From contig OZ024743.1 of NCBI GenBank assembly GCA_964016885.1, positions 160,208,001 to 160,272,000 of the forward strand: DNA of 64,000 nucleotides, read 5' to 3'. Shown here one piece after another: positions 54,109-64,000 of this stretch (its first letter is position 1; every line of letters starts with the position of its first letter). Position numbers and translations under genes: made by a program. The notes under the pieces are model-generated. The model was not told the origin of the DNA, did no database searches, and saw only the letters and a program-made list of their open reading frames with translations. The DNA is from Eledone cirrhosa. Lineage: Eukaryota.

Positions 54109-54494
54109 TTGTTTGCATCCAATGATGTAGACCAGTTCTTCTTTTTGGGCAAATGCATTCGATGTTCAGAGAGTGGGACTGGCCCCATGCAAAGACTTTC
54201 CTTAAAAAATCCTCAAGCACATGCATGACTTGATATGGGAGATTTTTGGTCATAGGCAAATACCTAGTAGGACTAAAAAAACCAGGTCCGCGATGTATAT
54301 GTATATACATCGCGGACCTGGTTTCTATAGTCCTACTAGATACTTGCCTATGGCCAAAAATGCCACATATCAAGTGATGCATGTGCTTGAGGATTTTTTA
54401 AGGAAAGTCTTTGCATGGGGCCATCCCCACTCTCTGAACATCGAATGCATTTGCCCAAAAAGAAGAACTGGTCTACATCATTGGATGCAAACAA
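54109..54494. repeat. ~386-bp imperfect palindrome of a PLE GIY-YIG fragment
   Basis: Centre cgcgatgtatat-gt-atatacatcgcg at ~54301; right arm continues as PLE sequence homologous to 44650-44790. Confidence 0.85.
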
Positions 54495-55339
54495 AGTCGT
54501 AGGTTTATAGAGTGACCTTCTCTTAGATAGATGTCTTAATGAAGTCTAAGAGTCTCTCGTTCCACAAAAAATGGATGGGCAAGTCCTTTTGAGATATCTA
54601 ACTGGTGATGAGTATAGCGACCAATTTTGCAACCAGGTATCTTTCTTATCTTTGTCTATGGATAGAGGCAATACATGGCTACACAGTTCGGGGAAGCCTT
54701 GATCTCAAATGTAATAGCAATGTACCAGGTACCTTCCGTGGAGAGGAATAATGCAGATTAGCATCCTACATAATAGTAGATGAATCACTACCTCCTTACG
54801 GACAACTGACAAGATTGAACGGACAATTTACTGTCGGCACAAATACACCAACGCATTCATTATTTAAAACAAGACTACGCTGGCCAATGAAATCTGACAG
54901 ACAAGAATACAAAATAAGCTGGTCTAAAGTATCTAATGCCAGGGCTTACACACATGGGATGTCCCAATGCAAATTATGTAATTACTACATATTTCACAAT
55001 ACAATAACAAATGACTAAGTAACAACATTGAACGGACAATTTACTGTCGGCACAAATAAACCAACACAAACCAAACCAAATTAAATTATCCCAAAACCTA
55101 ACTGTTTGTATAAACATTTTTATTTTCCAGACGTAAAGCATCTGAAAACTTAGCGCCAATGGTCAATTTAAACATCTCTCTTATCACCATAAAAGGACAC
55201 CACATTACAAATCTCCCATACCTTATCTTGCAAACATAGCTATTTATCAATAGCTATTACTAACCGCAATAAAACCGGCGTAGTACTAAGCGTGATGTTG
55301 GTATACTTCTACGTTGGCTGATAGTATGGAAACTTGGTT

Positions 55340-55600
55340 TAAGATGCTATTTATAATGGAATTGATGATGGCACGAGAGTAATTAGATTGTCTATTGACG
55401 TACTGGAGGCACTCGTTCGGCTTGTGGAATGGCCTATCGAGTCTGGTATCAAGTTCCAGTGTAATGCCGAGGAAGTTGGTCCCAGTATGGGTTGGTGCAG
55501 TCCTTCTGTGTTCGGTGTTTGAGTTTTAGGTTTCGGACCATATCAATAATACGCTTTTCAAAGTTGTCTAGCAGTGTGTTGTTCGGTGGGTTGTTCCGGA
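55340..55600 (-). mobile_element. PLE RT fragment
   Basis: NFLGITLELDT..PFHKPNE.LQYVNRQSN. Confidence 0.65.
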
Positions 55601-56100
55601 TTTAAATTGGTACATATTGTATAATGTATATTTATTAATATGAAATTAAGTTTTTCGTTGTGTCAATAAGTAGACTTACACAGCTGTAGATAATTACATA
55701 TCTATTCAGACAAAACTAATTACATGGTTGATAGGTACTTGAACACACGCCATCTTTCCCACATTTCAAAAATGTATTAGAAAACCAACCCGTAAATGTA
55801 CAATAAACTTAACAAGAAAACAAACACTTAGTCTTTGCATTGAAGATTGCTGATAGAATTCCTAGTATTTCTTACACTAACATATTCAAAGCTAATTTCT
55901 TAACCAAATGACCCGAAAAGCAAATTTATTAACACCACTCTGAACAAAGATTAGCAATCATATAATATATGTCAAAATTATGCGAGACACTGAACTTTGC
56001 CTCTGGAATAATAGTTCGTCAGTGATCAATCTGCTTGATAGTATAAGAGCAACAGTAAGTTTACGCAATTTGTTATCGTACAATGTAATCCATCTCTTAC

Positions 56101-56364
56101 CGAGTTTCTTCTAAAGATGGCATTAGATTAGACCGTAAGTACATCCCGATCTCTGATTTAGATACCGATATCGTTGTGTACACTAGCAAGTTGCCCTTCC
56201 TTTCAATTTCTCGTTCTGGATGAAAAGGAAAGGCACTAGATTTGCTGATGCCCTTTAATGAATTAGAGATTTGTAACTTAATTGGTGTAATTACTTTAGA
56301 CGACATCCAAACTAGATTTAACATTGCTGAGTTAAGTCTATATGAAGACAAAGACGTGTTAGCA
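56101..56364 (-). pseudogene. Candidate 264-nt exon, polycystin-1-like pre-GPS region
   Basis: ggctag| ... CG|gtaaga; open frame with VITPIKLQISN and MYLRSNLMP. Confidence 0.4.
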
Positions 56365-56414
56365 CTAGCCAATAACAAAAATCAACAACTTAGAAAGTGT
56401 TTAGGAAGAAATCC

Positions 56415-56526
56415 AATTCTTCTTCTTCTTCTTCTTCTTCTTCTTCTTCTTCTTCTTCTTCTCCTCCTCCTCCTCCTCCCCCCCTCCTCCTCCTCCTCCC
56501 CCTCCTCCTTCTCCCCCTCCTACTCC

Positions 56527-56558
<32 letters not shown>

Positions 56559-57040
56559 CTTCTTCTTCTTCTTCTTCTTCTTCTTCTTCTACCACTTATT
56601 CCTGATAGTATCGTGAAAGGAGAGTCCTCAAACACTCCTTCCAGCGTGTCCTATCAGGAGCAGCCGTCTCCAACTGATCCGGTTTAATCCCGTAAGCGTA
56701 ACCAGCCCAGCTTATGGATGTTATCCAACCATCTTGCTCGGTGTCTACCCCTGGGTCTCCTGCCGTAAAATCTGTCCAGCGATTCTTTCCTAAGACATTC
56801 TAACCACATGCCCTTAGTATAGGAGCTGTGATTTCTCAATTCGGGGAAGCAGTGGCTGTACCTGAAGTGACTCTCTGATCTCCGAGCTACGCAGTCTATC
56901 GTGTAACGTTACCCAAAAGACCCTTCGGAGTAACCCCATTTTGCCTGCTTGTATTCCCGATAGTATTATTTCGGTCATTACACAAGATTCGTGACCATAT
57001 GTAAGGGTTGCCATGAATACCGAAATTTTAAAAATCACTA
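56415..57040 (-). mobile_element. RTE (Expander-like) 3' fragment with (GAA)n/(GGA)n tail
   Basis: TLTYGHES..HDRLRSSEIRESLQVQPLLPRIEKSQL; TTC/TCC repeat 56415-56590. Confidence 0.75.
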
Positions 57041-57614
57041 TTATCATCACCCTTAAACAAAAACGAAAACTACTAACACTAGAAATACAGGAAGATTACA
57101 CTTATCATCATTTAGTTTAAATGTCTGCTCGTGTATTTAATGAGCAAACATTTTCCTTGTTTCATATTTTCAATCGGAATAGAGTTAACGTAACTTGCAG
57201 TTGTATTGATATATTCGCCTCTTAGAATGAATAGGAACACAACCTATACACGTATTCAATTTTGAACCCTACAAAGCCATTGCTTCACTAATAACACCTG
57301 CTCAATAAACGGTATAAAGCTTTAAAAAACCTCATATGAGGCTCCATATTTCCCCAAGCCACAGAACAAAATGCAATAAGGGCTTCAGAGGGAATACAGT
57401 CAAATAAAGTATAACTAATACATCTCATAGGAAAACCTCTATAATTTGTTTCTTCAAGTCATCTCAGTTGGACACATGAACGCTGTGTGTTATAAAGGCC
57501 AAAGAAATAAATAAGAGGGTGAAATCCAGTGATGTTGCAGACTTATAAAATCGGTCTCGACTCCCAATCCATCTGTCATGGTAATTGTTGTTTAGTATTT
57601 CCCATATGATGAGG

Positions 57615-57722
57615 TAATAATTGTTTCTACTTTTGGCACAAGGCCAGCAATTATCCCAGTGTATTACTGATACTTTATTTTCTCGACCCCGTAAGGATGA
57701 AAGGCAAAGTTAACCTTGTTGA
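57615..57722 (-). mobile_element. SINE 3' fragment
   Basis: Reverse complement of the 37420-37517 core. Confidence 0.75.
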
Positions 57723-57874
57723 AGTAAAGATAAATGTTGAGGTAATAATAGGGCTAATCCCAATCTTGTTGCACTATTGAGTGTTGGCCGCAAGTAGTTT
57801 GAAAGCATTGAGAGATAGCTTATGGAATAATTTGAGATGATGCAGTAGTGTCAATACGCTAATTACGACCATTC

Positions 57875-58087
<213 letters not shown>

Positions 58088-58255
58088 ATAATTATATTGC
58101 TTTGTTTATTATGTAATTAAATACCTCTGTACTATACATAGGGCACTCTTATTTCCTTTACGAAACGTAAATATTATTTTCCTACTATATACTTCTGATA
58201 TATTCCGTCATTGTACTGTGTCATTTACCTTGTTATTTCTGTTCACTTTTTGCAA

Positions 58256-58335
<80 letters not shown>

Positions 58336-58340
<5 letters not shown>

Positions 58341-59697
58341 CCACAACTATGGAATAACAGCAGTCCAATACTGGCTTAACACACACCCATCAGAAATACC
58401 GACACGCATCAACAAAGATTTTATCACTGACGGACTCCGCTTTATCCTACAAAATAACTACTTCACATTCAATGGTTCAACATACAGACAAGTATCAGGT
58501 ACGGCAATTGGCACGAAAGTAGCACCCACATATGCCAACCTAGTCATGGGATTCCATGAACAACAAATATACAGTCAGTCCCTTCTCTTATTTGGAGACT
58601 CTTTCCATACACACCTCAAAGCCAATTGGAAAAGATATCTAGACGATTGCTTTATCCTATGGCAAGAAGACATGAACTCACTTACTATGTTTAAAAACAT
58701 GATAAACAACATAGATAATAACATACAATTCACAATGGAATCCAATCCCAAGGAATTAGCCTTCTTGGATATTCTCATCTCTGTAATAGACGGGAAATTA
58801 GATACAGATATATTCTATAAACCCACAGATTCCAAGCAATACCTCTTTTTCACATCAAGTCACCCAAAACATACAAAACTTAACATTCCTTACAATTTGG
58901 CCAAACGTATATGTACCATAGTATCAGATCCACCTAAACGGGAGCAAAGACTGAAGGAACTAAAAGACACCCTTATCTTAAGAGCCTTTCCACTTGAAAT
59001 AATCAACAATGGAATAGACAGGGCAAAACACCTAAATCCCCATCAACTTAACAATCCAAAACAGAAAACCACACTCAACACCCTGCCATATGTATCCACT
59101 TTCAACCCCAGAAATACCGAAATGTTTGATCACCTACACAAAAACCTCCCCATCCTACTTAAAGATGTAAAAATGAAATCTATTCTTGAAACACACAAGA
59201 TCCTTAAAAGTAAAAGACAACCCAAATCACTAAAACGCATTCTCACTGGACCAAATATACCCAAACCAATCCTCAACCCTACAGTTACCAAATGTGGTAG
59301 AACAAACTGTGGAACGTGCCTCTACCTCACTGAAGGACAAAAATTTACATTTAAAGATGGCCAAACATTTACAGTAAAAAACAATTTCACCTGCAACTCG
59401 GAGAACTTGATTTACGCAATAACTTGCGGTGGGTGCAAACACAACTACATAGGACAGACGGGCACCTCATTACGCAAAAGAATGACCATCCACCGCCAAC
59501 AAATCCGGGACGCTAGCACAAGAAAAATCCCCTTGAGCAGCCATATTGCGAACTGCGCAGGAATGACACTACCCAACTTTAAAATCTTCCCCTTCTACAA
59601 GTGCTCAGATTCGTTCACACAGCAACAAAGAATAAACAAAGAAAATCTATTCCTCAACAAATTTAAACCAAAATTAAACGGGTTATCACCCCAATAG
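58336..59697 (+). CDS. Penelope-like element RT-GIY-YIG ORF, 5'-truncated but uninterrupted
   Basis: Frame open from the (TA)n edge: IPH..NNYFTFNG..GTAIGTKVAPTYAN, RYLDD, FLD, YKPTD, KCGRTNCGTC linker, NLIYAITC..YIGQT, KLN. Confidence 0.9.
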
Positions 59698-60024
59698 AAT
59701 TGTCATAAAATATAAACACACATACGCACGGAGTGACAGATATATGTGTTTGTATGTGTGCATGTATATAATTATCACCACTATTAAAGACCAGAGACCA
59801 ATTCTGTAGAATTAGGTTTATTCGTTGACAGACCATGCCTTTGTGTGACCAACACATCCATGTTAAACCCTGCACGTGCACACACATATCTATATATATA
59901 TATGCGCACACAGAATTCACCACTGTCGGTTGCGGGGCCCAATCTACATGAAGAACTCTATGTGATCAGAATGACTTGTATTTTAATTTCACTGCCCTAA
60001 CTTCTTATATTATGGAAACAATAT

Positions 60025-60084
60025 ATGTGTATGTATGTATATATATATATTTGGAGGCCATTTCTCTGTGTGTGGGTGTATGTA

Positions 60085-60128
<44 letters not shown>

Positions 60129-60543
60129 TGCATGTGGATGTATGTATTGTGTGTGCGTGTGTGTGTGTGTGTGTGTATGTGTGTATGTATGTGTGTATCT
60201 GGATGTATGCGTATATATATATGTGTGTGTGTATATATATATGTGTGTGTATGTGTATATATGTGTGTATGTGTGTGTGTTTGTATGTGTGTATGTATAT
60301 ATATGTGTGTGTGTATGTATGTGTGGGTGTGTGTATATATATGTGTATGTATATGTGTGTATATATATGTATGTACGCATATATATATATATGTGTGTGT
60401 GTGTGTGTATGTATGTGTGTATCTGGATGTATGTGTATGTATATATATGTGTGTGTGTGTGTATATATATATGTGTGTGTATGTGCATATATGTGTGTGT
60501 GTATGTGTGTATGTATATGTATGTGTGTGTGTATGTATGTGTG

Positions 60544-60612
<69 letters not shown>

Positions 60613-60640
60613 ATGTATATGTATATGTATGTATGTGTGG
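60025..60640. repeat. Compound (TG)n/(TA)n microsatellite
   Basis: Low-complexity purine-pyrimidine alternation. Confidence 0.95.
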
Positions 60641-61151
60641 ATGAAGGTATGTGTGTATATATAGGTGTAAGTGCACTAAATCCCTTTCTATCAATCTCCC
60701 CTCTCCTACCGAGCACAGGAAGATATATGTATGTATATTGCTTCCACCCCCTCACTGACCAGCAGCTGGCCATCTGGCCATTGCTAAATTTGACCTTTAT
60801 AAAATAACCCACACCCCCAAATAACTTCTCATTCACTACCAGAAGCAGTCAACGAGCTGCTACCAAGATGAAAACTACTATGAAATCCCACAATGAATTT
60901 TATACCTGAATTTTCAAATCTCAAATTTTAACTCTTCTTATTATTAATTTTTCTTAATATTAATCAACATTTGAAAAGATGGCTTTTGAAGACCCATCGA
61001 AACCGGTCATTTTTTATACCCGTTATTATTTCCTTACCTTATAAAATTATATGTTTTTTCACAAAAAAGTATTCTGTATCTTATATATTCCATGTGCCAT
61101 TACCAACCACAATTTTCTCTATAACCTTCGTTTTGTGTAGTAAATTACACT

Positions 61152-61189
<38 letters not shown>

Positions 61190-61304
61190 GTGTGTGTGTG
61201 TGGGGGGGGGTATATATAGTGAGATATAGAGATATATATATGTCCCAAGGGTCTGATACCATCAACACCATAAACACAGAGGTGGCATATCTAAGAACTG
61301 ACTA

Positions 61305-61360
61305 ACTGCCTGATGAAGTCATAGCCATTCAATGGCTATCATCGAAATATATATAGCAGT
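61305..61360 (+). ncRNA. Type I hammerhead ribozyme, intact core
   Basis: ACUGC CUGAUGA ..AUAGCCAUU C AAUGGCUAU.. GAAA UAUAUA UA GCAGU, then AATAAA. Confidence 0.8.
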
Positions 61361-61639
61361 AAATAAAGGATTATGAGTTCATGCAATTGACTTATGTTTC
61401 GTCACTATATATATATATATATATATATAGTGTGTGTGTGTGTGTGTGTGTGTTTATATATATATAGTGTGTGTGTGTGTGTTTATATATATATAAGTCT
61501 GGAAGGAAAGATTTCATTTAAAAAACGATTGGCATGAATATTCTTGAGAGAGTTAGTGATGCATCTACTCAATAAATCCAACCGTAGACCCGATGATGGC
61601 TTCAATACGAGGTCTGTAACGTTGACAATTCAGAATTAG

Positions 61640-62620
61640 ATGATTTTCATTTATTGGGTACTTTGAGATAGTATGGAGGTCTTCAGATATTTATAGTGTT
61701 ATGGAACGGTTGATTGGCTTCTCACTCGAACACGTGGCACAGGTAGTAGTCTATTTGATTCAAGTCTGGAGAGCAAGGAGGCTAGCTATATGTTTGGGGG
61801 TAATGTGATCGTGAAGATTGTAACTCGTCTATTCACAGTTCGTCTTGGATTATTGTAATGACACAGGGTCTTGTTGGTAGGTGTACAATCATCCATTGTT
61901 CACAATCATTACCCAAGGCTTCACACCTCTCTCCAACATGTTATAGGCAGCATCATTGTCTCATTAACCCCGAGAGAATAAGTGAAGAGGCATGGCATCT
62001 CCCACGTTGCTCCTGACTCACAGAACCATCAAAGTGCGCGACCGTTGGAATGTCTTTAGGGTCTCTGCATAACCATCTACCTTTCTCTCGGTTGACCATT
62101 TGATTCTGATTAACCGTTTTTCACATCAGACAAAAAGAAACAAAGCATTCCAGGTACTTGAAGTTTCAACTTGTAAAACAAGCCCTCTGTGTGGATCCGA
62201 TGGCTATCGTTCGTCTTTGCAGACATGAATTGGCCTCTCCGCATCACATATGACTTGTAACGAAGATATTCGTTCATGATTATTCTGATAGTGTGCCTTT
62301 AAATTCTGCGTTTTAACAATGCCACTAATTCATTTTCTGGGGTCCTTATCGCTAATGTTCAGCACCCTTCGTACCGATCTGGCTGTTCCCGTGACATTAT
62401 GGCCTTTAGCAGGCGTTTTACGTTTGGCTCCTGTCGTAGAATCCTCGTCAGTGGCTTTCAACCCTTTGCGAAATTTGACAATAAACACCCATGCAAAGTT
62501 TCGGAAGTGATCAATCTCCAACTGCCTTTATCTTGATGTTTGTCATCATTTATATGAAAAGAAATAATCAGAGCAAGGTATAAATATGTTAAGGTTGTTA
62601 AAAGACGTATCCTCAAAGAC
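61640..62620 (-). mobile_element. Highly degraded PLE RT N-terminal region
   Basis: KHQDKGSWRLI resembles the PLE K.ADKG..V motif. Confidence 0.35.
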
Positions 62621-62854
62621 TTGAGCAGCAATGTATTTATCTGTTCTGTTTCTACGGAGGTTCGCATTCATATTGATTTTCCTTTATATTACGATAAACT
62701 CTTATATTGGAGAAGGCTATACGTAGTTTGGGGTTTGACCTGAAGCTGCATAATCAAATAGCCACACGGTATTCTTTTTTCGATGTCATATCGATTCTGA
62801 CAGCCCTTTTATAACAGAATGAATGATTTTAACTTCGGTACATAACAAGAAATT

Positions 62855-62995
62855 TTCTGGGAGCGGTACAGTTGATTAAATCGATTTATGGTACTTTTAT
62901 TACCGACCCGAAAGTCGACCTAAAAGAAATTCGAACGTAGAAGAGCAAACCAAAATACTACAAGTCACGTTTCCCGGTACTTTACAGATTTTGCT
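62855..62995 (-). mobile_element. Diverged cephalopod-type SINE
   Basis: gttgattaaatcga..ggtactttta..cgacccgaaagtcgacc. Confidence 0.5.
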
Positions 62996-63399
62996 CTTCA
63001 CCAAATCGAAAATATATATTAAAAGACTCAAACCACCCATTATATAAGACCGTCTCTCATATATATATATATAAATTTGAGTATGTGCTGGTTAATTACC
63101 GACATTTCAGTATGCATGGTAGAGCACTCAACGAAGTGCACAGTTGTGTATGTTTACTCCAGAGTAATTTAAAAACGAGAAATGGAAGTCAACAGGCTAA
63201 AATTAACTTCGCTTATTCATATTCCGTGTTACATATATTTCGGTGATAACCATTATTCAACAGCTATGAACTCATAAGAGAACTAGAACGTGATCAGAAA
63301 AAAACCCAGAAAAACAAAATGATGGAACAAGTTTACCTCTGAGGTAAACTTTGTTGCATCCTTATGGCAAATAGGCTGAACCATTAGAGCTTCCGACAA

Positions 63400-64000
63400 G
63401 TCAAATTTCACTCCGATCGAGTTTGCTTTATGTCTATCCGGGTCAATAAATTTATCCGTCAAACAATATGTATGTATAAGTGGTTTGAGATTATTTTTCA
63501 AAATGGCCAGAAGCATCTGCCTAGCTAGATCACCAAGCAGAAACTATTGCCGAAAATCGTTTTGATGAAGTCTTTTGTCGTTTCAGTGTTCCGGAAAGAA
63601 TACACACCGGCAAAGGTGCACATTTTGACTCCCGCTTAATACGTGAAATATTCAAGATACAGGACGTTGCGAAAATAAGGCAAACCCTACCATCCTGAAT
63701 CAGATAGACACGTTGAGCGCCTGAATCACAGTCTTTGCCAGATGTTAAAAATGTTTTTTAATGAAAACCAGAAGTACTGGGACGAAGTATTGTCCATAAT
63801 TTTGTTGGCATAACGTTCAAGTGAACATTCAGTGACAAAATTTAGTCCCTAATTCATCATGACAGAGGTTGAAGTCAATTTACCTGTTGGCGTTACATTG
63901 GGGGTTTACGAATAATACGTGAATATGTTCCAGATAATGTAGGTAAAGCTTGGCAAAATCCTGAAAGGAAGTTACGAATTAGTTAGAGAAAAGATTACTG
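63400..64000 (+). mobile_element. Ty3/Gypsy integrase remnant
   Basis: DYFSKWPEA, FCRFSVPERIHT, YHPESDRHVERLNHSL, WDEVL; stops and frameshifts. Confidence 0.85.

Noticed and set aside
54100-54500. FGHRQVSS as a tyrosine-recombinase (Crypton) motif
   Set aside because: The opposite reading matches a PLE GIY-YIG region homologous to 44650-44790.
56390-56687. Poly-R/E/S/L ORFs
   Set aside because: TTC/TCC microsatellite tail of an RTE fragment.
59976-60836. Long ORFs rich in YI/CV/HT (also at 18036, 24817, 43820, 46111)
   Set aside because: Stop-free translations of dinucleotide microsatellites.

Overview
AT-rich, microsatellite-laden animal genomic DNA; the SINEs resemble those of octopus/coleoid cephalopods. 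It consists mostly of transposon debris, with no intact host gene. It holds three tandem R4/Dong-type RLE retrotransposon copies and a near full-length L1/Tx1-type LINE in (TAA)n, plus RTE, CRE and Gypsy fragments, SINEs, Helitrons and a Tigger-like MITE. The main hidden signal is a very high density of type I hammerhead ribozymes (HHRs). About a dozen have intact cores and more are degenerate or variant. They sit in Penelope-like element (PLE) ends and in short non-coding repeats inserted in (TA)n tracts. Two non-coding HHR families (~322-nt and ~423-nt monomers) are tandem or circularly permuted, as expected for retrozyme-like elements copied from circular RNA. Both are integrated as inverted duplications with HHRs on both strands. 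Recurrent core variants occur (CAGAAGA, CCGAUGA, CUUANGA), and several fold-back junctions fall inside ribozymes. Scattered minus-strand exon remnants in the expected order suggest a decayed polycystin-1-like gene underlies the region. All alignments and folds were done by eye.
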